Below are positions 49,942 through 58,240 of a DNA stretch of 64,000 nucleotides, piece by piece (within the stretch, counting starts at the first letter, position 1; the number at the start of each line of letters is the position of its first letter). The notes beneath the pieces are model-generated. The model was not told the origin of the DNA. It was given only the letters and a program-made list of their open reading frames with translations, and ran no database searches. The stretch is from Deltaproteobacteria bacterium (GTDB lineage: Bacteria; Myxococcota_A; Polyangia; Polyangiales; Houyiibacteriaceae): contig JAXMNT010000023.1 in NCBI GenBank assembly GCA_034670305.1, forward strand, positions 32,001 through 96,000, in the 5' to 3' direction. The position numbers and the translations under genes are program-made.

Positions 49942-51663
49942 ATGAGCACCGGCTCCATCGTCGTGGTGCGCGAGTACTTCACGACCGGCGATCCCCGTTT
50001 CCTCGAGGAGCTGTTCGCCTGCCAGGACCACGCGGCATTGGCGGGCTTCGCGCCGATGTTCTTCGGAGACCTGCGCCCTTGGGCCCGCGCCCAACTCGAG
50101 CGCTACATCGACGATGGGTGCGACCGGCCGTTTCACCGCGCGCTGGTCAAACGGGTCTTCAAAGCCGCCGAGCGTGCCGACGACGCGGAGCTCGTCGCCC
50201 GGTTCGCGGTGGCGTTCGACCGGCTCGTGTCGATGGAGCTGCGCACGGTCAAGAAACGCTTCTGGGGGCAAGGCCGCCGCGAAGTTCAGATCCTTCGCCG
50301 CAAAGGCAGCTACCCCGGTCGGCGCATCTGGTACGAGCCGAAGTCGGTGCAGAAGTGGAAGCCGCCGAGCCATGGTTCGGTCGGCGCGCAGTTCTCCTTG
50401 GCCACCCGTCAACATCTGCGGCGTCGCGCGCTGCGGTTTCTGCGCAAGCTCGGGCCACGGGACCCCGAGCGGTTCCTCGACTGTGCTTCGCTCAGCTTGC
50501 GGCTCTACGAAGACGCGCACTTCGACACCGGCGCGGACATCCCGGAGCGGTTCGCCCTGGTGAACTTGCTCTTTCAGTGGACCCCGGTGCTTTACCGCAC
50601 GTCGCGCAAGATCTTCGTGACCCACGGCCGCAGCCTCGCGGATCTCCAAGCGTCGCTGCTGCACGAACACCTCTGGCTCGAGCAGCCCGAGCGCGTCGAG
50701 CAACTGCTGCCGCTGTGCCGCGCGCTTCTCGTCCGCCGCGCGCTGCTCGACTTCTACAACCGCGCGTTTCCCGACGCGCTGGACGAGGTGCCCTTCGAGC
50801 GACTGCGGCCACTGCTCGAGAGCGAACACCCGGACCTTCAGGCGTTCGGCATCGAGCGGCTGAAGAACGCAGAGGGACTCGAGCGGGTGTCGGTCGACGA
50901 CTGGTTGCGACTGCTGCAGCTCGAGCATCCGGAGCTCTTGCCGATCGTGGTCCAGCAGATCGAAGCCCACGTGAGCCCGAGCCGGCTGACCGAAGCACAA
51001 AAGATGGCGATGGCGGTCCGGCCCGAAGTGCACGTCGCGCAGCTCGGACTTCGATGGCTGATCGAAGCCAACACAGATCTCGACGTGATGCTCCAGCTGC
51101 GGCACGCCACCTGTCCGGGTGTGCGTGCCGAAGCCGCGCTCTGGTTGGCGGATGCGATCGAAGAGCGGGGCAGCGTCGAGCAACTCCGCGAGATGCTCGA
51201 TGCCCGCCACGACGACATGCGCTGCGCGGCGCAAGTGCTGCTCGAGCACGAACGGTTCCGCGACGAGACGAGGTTGTGGCTCGCGCTCGCGGAGTCGCCG
51301 TACCCGGAGATGCAGGCCCTGTTGACCCAGCACCTGGAAGAGCGCCGACGGGCGTTCGCAGGCGACGGGTCCGCAGTCCACCATCTGTGGGCCACGAGCC
51401 TGCTCTCCATCCATGGCGGCAGCCGAACCAAACGCCGGGTGCTCCGACAGATCGCGGACCGCATCGGCGAAGATCCGGGACAAGCCGAAGCACTCTTGCC
51501 CCTGCTTCGGATCTCGCTGCGTTCCGTGCGTCCCTCGGAACGCGGTGCGGGGTTGGCGGCGATTGCGCGGCTCGCGTTCACCGACGCTTCGTTCGCAGCG
51601 CTGGTCGCGACGGAACTGCCCGAGCTTGATCTCGGGTTGAACGCCGAACCGGTGCCCGCATGA
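49942..51663 (+). CDS. Retron-associated alpha-helical (ARM/HEAT-like) repeat protein
   Basis: 573 aa, Leu/Ala/Arg-rich helical repeats such as LRPLLESEHPDLQAFG and LREMLDARHDDMRCAA; first gene of the operon; ATGA-coupled to the SWIM gene. Confidence 0.75.
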   Translation: MSTGSIVVVREYFTTGDPRFLEELFACQDHAALAGFAPMFFGDLRPWARAQLERYIDDGCDRPFHRALVKRVFKAAERADDAELVARFAVAFDRLVSMELRTVKKRFWGQGRREVQILRRKGSYPGRRIWYEPKSVQKWKPPSHGSVGAQFSLATRQHLRRRALRFLRKLGPRDPERFLDCASLSLRLYEDAHFDTGADIPERFALVNLLFQWTPVLYRTSRKIFVTHGRSLADLQASLLHEHLWLEQPERVEQLLPLCRALLVRRALLDFYNRAFPDALDEVPFERLRPLLESEHPDLQAFGIERLKNAEGLERVSVDDWLRLLQLEHPELLPIVVQQIEAHVSPSRLTEAQKMAMAVRPEVHVAQLGLRWLIEANTDLDVMLQLRHATCPGVRAEAALWLADAIEERGSVEQLREMLDARHDDMRCAAQVLLEHERFRDETRLWLALAESPYPEMQALLTQHLEERRRAFAGDGSAVHHLWATSLLSIHGGSRTKRRVLRQIADRIGEDPGQAEALLPLLRISLRSVRPSERGAGLAAIARLAFTDASFAALVATELPELDLGLNAEPVPA

Positions 51664-53306
51664 AGCTCGGGTACGTCGGCACGAGCGCCGTGGACCTCGG
51701 TCCGTACCGGTCGACGATCGGGTTCAAACCGAACCTCTGCCGCGAGCCGGTCTGGTTCGAGGGCGCGCTCCGGGACCCGGTGCGTTTCCGCGAGGTCATG
51801 AGCGCGCTGCACGAGATCGTGGTCGGGGACCTGCGCCCGCCCAAGAAGGATCGCAGCCGTCACGACGCGTACCTCCAGCGCAAACAAGCCGACGAAGAGA
51901 AGCTGCGGGCGCAGCTCACCGAATCCGCGCAGTCCGAGATCCTCGCGGCGACGGTGGCCAAGCCGCTGCCCCCCGACTTTCAGAAGAAGTACCAGGAGGC
52001 CCATCAGATCTACTGGCACCTGCGCCGCAAGTGGGCGAGCGAACTGTGGCAGCACGACCGGGAACTCTTCCGGCACCTGGTTCCATGCGATCCCGTCGTC
52101 ACCGTGGCGCCCGACGTGGTGCTCTTCGAAGGCTTCAGCAAAGACGAGTCCAGCTACGGCTGCGTCAGCCTCGACCGCGGTGCGATCGATGGCCAAAGCG
52201 TCTCGCTCGGCACCACCAACGTGGACTACTCGGTCGCGCTCTTCGAACACTTCCAGTCGCTGCGCAGCTACAAGGAGACGCGCCTGCACGTGGACCCGCA
52301 GGGGTTCGAGGTGAACACCGAAGGCAACGCGGACTACCGCGAAGAGAAGATCGAGCTGCCGCCGAGTTGGCTCGCGGGGTTCGGTCAGATCAGCGCGGCC
52401 GCGGCGCTCGATGCCACCGTCGTGCCGCTCTCCGTCGAAGCGCTCTACTCGCTGCTTGCCACACTTCGCCGCCGGCGTGCCCGCACGAGCCCGCGCGCGA
52501 TCCGATTCGAACTCGAGCCGGGCAAGTCGCCGCGCCTCGTGCTCGAACCGTGGGGCACCGCGATCGAATCGCGCGGACCCGCCTGGGGCGGCCGCAACGA
52601 ACACATCCGGATCTGGGGCCGCCGGCGCCTGCTCGTCCTCGCGCGAGCGCTGCCCTTCGTCGACCGGTGCGAAGTGCATCTGCTCGGCACGGGGCTGCCG
52701 AGTTTCTGGGTGCTGCACCTCGGACCGATGCGGCTCACCCTGGCGCTCAGCGGGTGGACCACCAATGACTGGACGAGCGGCGCGGCGCTCGACGCATTGG
52801 CTGGCGAAGTCGATCCCGACGAGACCACCATGGAGCAGGTCTCGCAGGTGCTCTTTCGCGAACGCGCGACTTCGTTCGCGGGCATCGCCTCCGACGTACC
52901 CGCGGGCGATGCGAAGATCGCGGCGGCGCTGCACCGCTTGGCCAAACGCGGCCAGTGTGTGTTCGACGTGGGTGCGGGCGTGTACCGCTGGCGGCAGATC
53001 CTGCCCGAAGCGATCGGCGAAGCGCAGCTCGGTCCAGAGCCGGTCGAGAAGACCGAAGGCCGCAAACTCTTCGCCGGTCACAAGGTGCGCATCACCCGCG
53101 ACGAACGGGTGGGCGACAAGCGGCTCCTGCAAGGCACCGTGCAGGGCACCAAGTGCGAGACCTTGCTCGACCTCGACGGCCGCATGCGCCAAGCGGTCTG
53201 CATCTGTGCGCACCACAAGAAGTTCGGGATCAAACAGGGTCCCTGCCGGCATCTGCTGGCGCTCCGTCTCGAAGCGCCCGCCGATGCCATGAAGGGCGCA
53301 CCATGA
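51660..53306 (+). CDS. Retron-associated SWIM zinc-finger protein
   Basis: C-terminal CIC-x12-CRH (SWIM CxC..CxH); DPVVTV..D...FEGFSKDESSYG core; wHTH-like ALHRLAKRGQCVFD. Confidence 0.85.
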   Translation: MKLGYVGTSAVDLGPYRSTIGFKPNLCREPVWFEGALRDPVRFREVMSALHEIVVGDLRPPKKDRSRHDAYLQRKQADEEKLRAQLTESAQSEILAATVAKPLPPDFQKKYQEAHQIYWHLRRKWASELWQHDRELFRHLVPCDPVVTVAPDVVLFEGFSKDESSYGCVSLDRGAIDGQSVSLGTTNVDYSVALFEHFQSLRSYKETRLHVDPQGFEVNTEGNADYREEKIELPPSWLAGFGQISAAAALDATVVPLSVEALYSLLATLRRRRARTSPRAIRFELEPGKSPRLVLEPWGTAIESRGPAWGGRNEHIRIWGRRRLLVLARALPFVDRCEVHLLGTGLPSFWVLHLGPMRLTLALSGWTTNDWTSGAALDALAGEVDPDETTMEQVSQVLFRERATSFAGIASDVPAGDAKIAAALHRLAKRGQCVFDVGAGVYRWRQILPEAIGEAQLGPEPVEKTEGRKLFAGHKVRITRDERVGDKRLLQGTVQGTKCETLLDLDGRMRQAVCICAHHKKFGIKQGPCRHLLALRLEAPADAMKGAP

Positions 53307-53316
53307 CGATGCGCCG

Positions 53317-53590
53317 TAGTCTCAGTTTTCATCTCTTCGAGGAGAACCATCCGCACGAGCCCATCATGCCTCGGCGTTACGCCGCGGTGGAGTTTCGCTT
53401 CCCATCCATCCCCACGCCCGATGCTCTTGGTTGGCCCCGCACGCCCACTCATCGCTACCCCACGAAGGGACCCCCCATTGCATGGGGGGTGCCGGTAGCG
53501 AGAGTGGGCAGCGGGGCCTGGGGTGATCGGCCGTGGTCCGGAGCACGAAGTCGAGTGGGTGGTTCTCCTCGAGAAGATGAAGGGGGCTAG
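53317..53590 (+). ncRNA. Retron ncRNA (msr-msd)
   Basis: Terminal inverted repeat 53328-53352 / 53557-53581; msr hairpin CGGCGTTACGCCG; long msd hairpin 53433-53518; immediately upstream of the retron RT. Confidence 0.88.
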
Positions 53591-53595
53591 ACAGC

Positions 53596-55260
53596 ATGGC
53601 CTTCAAAGATTGGCTGCGCGGCACCTGGAAGAAGGTGAAGGCCTGGCTCGCCTACAACCCGAGCAAGGTGCCGAAGCTGCCACCCCCGAAGGTGGTGACG
53701 CTGCCCGAACCGAAGGCGCCACCCAAGTCGTGGGGCACGCCAGCGGGCACGCCGTTCGATCCGACGTCTCCGGCGGCGCCGCCCGCGGCCTCGGCGAAGA
53801 AGAAGAAGCCGCAGCCGAAACCGATCGATCCGTGGGCGACCGGAACGCTGCTGAAGTTGTCGCCCGAAGAGTTGCGGGCGCGGGCCATGAAGATCCAGCC
53901 TTGGAAGACCGAGTGGATCGGCCGGGTAGACGTCATCCCGCCGCAGGGCGACGAACGCACGGCGCTCATCGATCGCGGGCTCGTGCTGCGCGGGTTCTTC
54001 ACCGAAGAAGAACTCGCTGAGATCCACGAGCTCGGCGACCTGTGGCTCGAGCACCACGAAGCAGCGAAACTCGCGAAGGCCCGCGCAGCACAGAACGCGG
54101 ACGCGGCGATCGCGGCGCTTCGCCAAGAAGAAGCCGAGCGGAAGGCGGAGAAGAAGCGCCTCGCGAAGGAGCGGCGGGAGAAACGCCGCGCGGCGATCGA
54201 ACACCGGAAGAAGACCGACATCGTCTTTCTCGGCCGCGGTGTCTCCGGCCGGCTCGGGGACCGGCGTGCCCACGTCGAGAAGCTCGGCGCCGCGGGGCTG
54301 CCGGTGCTCGCGACGCCCGCCGATGTCGCCCAAGCACTCGGGCTCCAGATCCCGAAGTTGCGTTGGTTGGCCTTCGCCTCCGACGCACCGGAGCGCTCGC
54401 ACTACGTGCAGTTCGAAGTGCCGAAGCGGCGTGGTGGCACGCGGGTGCTGGCGTCCCCGAAGCGCGACATGCGCGCCGCACAGTCGTGGATCCTGGAGAA
54501 CATTCTCAGCAAGGTGCCGCTCCACGACGCGGCGCACGGTTTCGTGCCGGGGCGCTCCACCAAAACCTGCGCCGCTCCACACCGCGGTCGGCCGGTCGTG
54601 GTGAACTTGGACTTGAAGGACTTCTTCCCGTCGATCCTGCTTCGGCGCGTGTCCGGTTTCTTCGAGGCGCTCGGGTACTCGCCGGCGGCCGCCACCATCC
54701 TGGGGTTGCTCTGCACCGCGTCGCCGCGCCGGACTGTCCGCTACGATGGAGTCTCCTTCGAAGTCGCGGTCGGCGACCGTGCGTTGCCGCAAGGCGCCTG
54801 CACCAGTCCTGCGTTGAGCAACTTGATCGCCAAGCGGCTCGACGCACGGCTTGCGGGTTTGGCCAAGGCCCGCGGCTTCGTCTACACGCGCTACGCCGAC
54901 GACCTCACCTTCAGTGGACCGAAGGACGAAGTGCCCCGCTTGCTCGCGCGCATCCGCCACGTGGTCGACGAAGAAGGGTTCGTCGTGCACCCCGACAAGA
55001 CGCGGGTGCAGCGCAAAGGCGGCCGGCAGATGGTGACGGGCATCGTCGTCAACGACAAAGCCCGGCTCACCCTGCGCCGCGACGAAGTCCGGAAGCTTCG
55101 CGCGATCCTCCACAACGCGAAGAAGACTGGCCTCAAGGCGCAGAACCGCGACCAACACCCAGACTTCGTCGCCCACCTGCGCGGCAAGATCGCCTACCTC
55201 GGCATGGTGGACCGGGCCCGCGCCGACGAGTTCACCACCGCGCTCGAAGCGCTGCTCTAG
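53596..55260 (+). CDS. Retron-type reverse transcriptase (myxobacterial Mx162-like) with long N-terminal extension
   Basis: PKRRGGTR, AAHGF, DLKDFFPSI, LPQGACTSP, catalytic YADD and retron region-Y VTG (QMVTGIVVN); no group II intron maturase/HNH tail. Confidence 0.93.
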   Translation: MAFKDWLRGTWKKVKAWLAYNPSKVPKLPPPKVVTLPEPKAPPKSWGTPAGTPFDPTSPAAPPAASAKKKKPQPKPIDPWATGTLLKLSPEELRARAMKIQPWKTEWIGRVDVIPPQGDERTALIDRGLVLRGFFTEEELAEIHELGDLWLEHHEAAKLAKARAAQNADAAIAALRQEEAERKAEKKRLAKERREKRRAAIEHRKKTDIVFLGRGVSGRLGDRRAHVEKLGAAGLPVLATPADVAQALGLQIPKLRWLAFASDAPERSHYVQFEVPKRRGGTRVLASPKRDMRAAQSWILENILSKVPLHDAAHGFVPGRSTKTCAAPHRGRPVVVNLDLKDFFPSILLRRVSGFFEALGYSPAAATILGLLCTASPRRTVRYDGVSFEVAVGDRALPQGACTSPALSNLIAKRLDARLAGLAKARGFVYTRYADDLTFSGPKDEVPRLLARIRHVVDEEGFVVHPDKTRVQRKGGRQMVTGIVVNDKARLTLRRDEVRKLRAILHNAKKTGLKAQNRDQHPDFVAHLRGKIAYLGMVDRARADEFTTALEALL

Positions 55261-55339
55261 ATCCCGCCAGTTCAGTTCGCCTCGCCAGTGCGGCCCCCAA
55301 TGACAGCCCCGGGTTCCCGCACCCGCCGCCCGACGCGCT

Positions 55340-56305
55340 TCAGCCGAGCGCCACCGCCAGTGCTTCGAGCAGCGCGCCGCGCCGAGTGCTCCGCGGCATC
55401 TCTCCGGCGGGCGTCTGAACGAACGCATCCAGCCAAGGTTCGATTGGACCGCGGGCGAGTATGCCGTCCAGTGCATAGAGCGAGAGCTCCTCGACCCCGC
55501 TCCCGCGACAGATCGCCACGTCGTCCGCGAGCTCGGACACATCGCGGTACGGACGTTCGTCCCCGAGCGCGCCACCACCCACCACACCGAGCGACACCGA
55601 CGACGACCGCCGCGCCAGCCGCGCGAGCAGGTCCCGCGCGATGCGCCGGTCGACCAACCCGAGCGCGTACCCCTCGAAGAGACTCGTGTACGCCATCGGC
55701 TCGAACGCGCGCTCCGACAGCCCTTCGATCGAAGTGCCGAGCCATTGCTGCCAGCGGGCTCCGAACGAGAGCATCGGCGGCGCCACGACATCCACCCGCC
55801 AGCCGCGCTCCCGAAGCGATGTGGACAGTGCGCGGTGAGAAGCAACTCTCGGGCGCCGGACGGGGAAGCGAGCCAGCGGTGTCACCGGGACGGGGTTTGG
55901 GGGCTGTGCCCCCAAGAAGTACCCCACCAGTCGCGCGATGCGGGCGTCCAGCCGAAGCACCGACTGGCCATCGCGCAGCACCGAGCGGGTCCACGCGATC
56001 GGTGGCTCGACGTCGAGCAGCAGCGTGGTTGGCGCGAGGCCTTCGGTGAGCCGGTCCACGTGCGCCGCGAACGCGTGCACGTTGCCTGCGTTCGGCCACC
56101 GCCCATCGTGGTCGGAGAGCAGCGGCCAGAGCGTGAGTTTCGTGCCCGCGTCGGCGGCGCGCCCTTGCAACCGGCTGAACTCGGACCGCGTCTCCGGCGC
56201 GTCGAACAGGGCCACCGCCAGCTCGATGCCGCGTCGCGCCAACGCGTCGAGCAAGGGAGGGTCGAGTGCAGCGAGCGGCACATGCTCCGAGTACAGCCGA
56301 CGCAT
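55340..56305 (-). CDS. Hypothetical protein (possible TIM-barrel)
   Basis: GAGGTG RBS; LWPLL, LLDVEPP, PMAYTS and LSLYALDG; convergent with the RT gene. Confidence 0.65.
   Translation of the reverse strand: MRRLYSEHVPLAALDPPLLDALARRGIELAVALFDAPETRSEFSRLQGRAADAGTKLTLWPLLSDHDGRWPNAGNVHAFAAHVDRLTEGLAPTTLLLDVEPPIAWTRSVLRDGQSVLRLDARIARLVGYFLGAQPPNPVPVTPLARFPVRRPRVASHRALSTSLRERGWRVDVVAPPMLSFGARWQQWLGTSIEGLSERAFEPMAYTSLFEGYALGLVDRRIARDLLARLARRSSSVSLGVVGGGALGDERPYRDVSELADDVAICRGSGVEELSLYALDGILARGPIEPWLDAFVQTPAGEMPRSTRRGALLEALAVALG
55866..55918. repeat. 53-bp palindromic repeat element, copy 2 (inside CDS 55340-56305)
   Basis: Reverse complement of 21811-21863 with 2 mismatches. Confidence 0.9.
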
Positions 56306-56377
56306 CACCTCTTTCGTGTAGCAGTGGCCCGTCGCCGCGACGAGTCCAAGCGGCAACGAGCCCCCGAGGCACAGGTG

Positions 56378-57007
56378 TCAGCCGGCAGGGTGCTGCGACC
56401 CAGCCGTCAATGCCTTGCGGGCCGGGGCGCGGCGTGCGTCCGCGGCGCCGGTGCGTTCGAGCCGCGCGAGGATCCGCGCTCGCTTCTTCGCCGACAGGGT
56501 GCGCACCGAGTACACGGTGGTCGAACGCACCGGCCCGAAGCCGACGTACTTCAAGGTCGCGGTCTTGAAGCTGCCGTGGAGCGCGCGGTTGTGGGCGAGC
56601 GTGTACCAGAAGCTCGGGCTGTCCATGCCGGTCACGAGGCGCGCCGAACGACCGGCGAGAAGACCCACTGGAAGCGGTCGTCCCTTCACGTTCTGGAAGG
56701 CCCAGCCCGGTAGGAACGCTCGGTCGATGAGCCCTTTGAGGGCAGCCGGCACGCCCGCCCACCACGTCGGGAAGACCCAGGCCACATGGTCGGCGCGTTG
56801 GATCGCTTCTTGGGCTCGAACCAGGTCCGGCTCCAGCGTCTGCCCCTCGCGAAAGCCGAATCGGAGCGTCGGGTCGAACTCGAGGTCCGCGACCTGAAGG
56901 CGGGACACGGTGCCGAACTCCGCTGCGCCCTTGGCGTAGGCGTCGGCCATCGCGCTGTGAAACGAGTTCGGATCCGGATGCGCTTGCACGATCAGTGTGT
57001 GGGTCAT
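56378..57007 (-). CDS. NAD(P)H-dependent oxidoreductase (flavodoxin-2, KefF/MdaB-like)
   Basis: AHPDPNSF and FPTWWAGVPAALKGLIDR. Confidence 0.88.
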   Translation of the reverse strand: MTHTLIVQAHPDPNSFHSAMADAYAKGAAEFGTVSRLQVADLEFDPTLRFGFREGQTLEPDLVRAQEAIQRADHVAWVFPTWWAGVPAALKGLIDRAFLPGWAFQNVKGRPLPVGLLAGRSARLVTGMDSPSFWYTLAHNRALHGSFKTATLKYVGFGPVRSTTVYSVRTLSAKKRARILARLERTGAADARRAPARKALTAGSQHPAG

Positions 57008-57051
57008 GGCGAACAACCTAGTGATGCACAGGAACATGGGTAGACGAGTGT

Positions 57052-57078
57052 ATGCATCCCGTGCATGCATGAATGCAT
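57052..57078. promoter_or_regulatory. Putative LysR binding site(s)
   Basis: ATGCA-N5-TGCAT dyad at 57052-57066 (T-N11-A) and a second ATGCATGAATGCAT, between the divergent LysR and oxidoreductase genes. Confidence 0.55.
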
Positions 57079-57988
57079 GGCATCCACCAACGGTTCCGCA
57101 CCCCTTCACGCGTGGGACGATCTGCGCATCTTTCTCGCGGTCGTCCGCGCCGGTTCGTTCACCGACGCAGCCCGCAAGCTCGGGGTCGAGCAGTCCACCG
57201 TGAGTCGCCGCATCGCGGCGCTGGAGACGAACCTCGAAGCCCACCTCTTCGACCGGACCCCGCGGGGCCTGCGCAACACCCCACTCGCGCAACAGCTCCG
57301 AGCACGGGCCGAGCGGGTGGAGGCTGCGGTGCTCGCTTTCGACGACGACGCACGCGGCACGGAGCGCGCGGTCGCCGGCCAGGTTCGGCTCGCACTCACC
57401 GAAGGGCTCTCGCTCTCGGTGGTCGTGCCGACGCTGCTGCCCGAACTGCGCCGCACCTACCCAGAGATCACGGTCGATCTGCTGTGCGACTACCAGTCCG
57501 CCGACCTGCTCCAGCGGGAAGCCGACATCGCCATCCGGTTCTACCGACCGACCCGCGGCGACTTGGTGGCCAAGCGCGTCGCGCGGTTGCCGACCGCCAT
57601 CCTCGGCCAGCGCGATTACATCCGAACCCGCGCGCCGCGCAAACACCACCGCACGGCCGACCGCTTCGACTGGGTCGGGTTTCACATGCCTGGTTTCCGC
57701 GCACCCGAAGAGCAATGGCACCAGCAGTGCGTGGGGGTGGAGCCCGCGATCCGTTCCAACAGCTACGTCTCCCAGGTGGCCGCGGTCCGCGCGGGGCTGG
57801 GCCTTGCGTTGCTCACCCGCTCGCTCTGCCGCATCCACCCGGAGCTGCGGGAAATCGAACTCGGTCTGCCCGAGGGCCCGGTGCTCGAACTGTGGCTGGT
57901 CACCCATCGCGCGATCCGAGACTTGCCTCGGGTCGCCGCGGTCTACGACCACCTCGAAGGCGGCCTTCGCGCGCTCGACGGCATGTAG
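57065..57988 (+). CDS. LysR family transcriptional regulator
   Basis: WDDLRIFLAVVRAGSFTDAARKLGVEQSTVSRRI; start may instead be 57077. Confidence 0.93.
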   Translation: MHECMASTNGSAPLHAWDDLRIFLAVVRAGSFTDAARKLGVEQSTVSRRIAALETNLEAHLFDRTPRGLRNTPLAQQLRARAERVEAAVLAFDDDARGTERAVAGQVRLALTEGLSLSVVVPTLLPELRRTYPEITVDLLCDYQSADLLQREADIAIRFYRPTRGDLVAKRVARLPTAILGQRDYIRTRAPRKHHRTADRFDWVGFHMPGFRAPEEQWHQQCVGVEPAIRSNSYVSQVAAVRAGLGLALLTRSLCRIHPELREIELGLPEGPVLELWLVTHRAIRDLPRVAAVYDHLEGGLRALDGM

Positions 57989-57995
57989 CGGCCGT

Positions 57996-58181
57996 CGGCT
58001 TCGGCTCCGGCTTCGGATTCGGCTTCGGCTTCGGCTTCGGATTCGGCTTCGGCTTCGGCTTCGGCTTCGGCTTCGGCTTCGGCTTCGGCTTCGGCTTCGA
58101 AGGGCAAGGGGAAGGCATCCTCTCCTGCGGATTCGGATTCGGACACCGAGGGCAAGGGCAGGGGCAAGGGCACGGGCAAGG
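57996..58181. repeat. (TTCGGC)n tract followed by the GGATTCGGACACCGAGGGCAAGGG... element
   Basis: Tandem hexamers; 47 bp identical to 10371-10417. Confidence 0.9.
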
Positions 58182-58240
58182 CTGTCCGAGCGAAGCGGCG
58201 GCGGGACTTCCGACCAGTGCATGTCAAACTGCCCCCCTTC

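Noticed and set aside
53303-53590. 95-codon ORF (MTMRRSLSFHLFEENHP...) overlapping the SWIM stop
   Set aside because: It coincides exactly with the structured msr-msd region and does not look protein-like, so the ncRNA explains the region better.
53596-55260. RT as a group II intron, DGR or CRISPR-associated RT
   Set aside because: There is no maturase/endonuclease tail, TR/VR pair, cas gene or array. The VTG motif and upstream msr-msd indicate a retron.
55261-55339. Possible small RNA or terminator between the RT and the convergent gene
   Set aside because: I could not identify a convincing stem with a U-tract or a known RNA motif.
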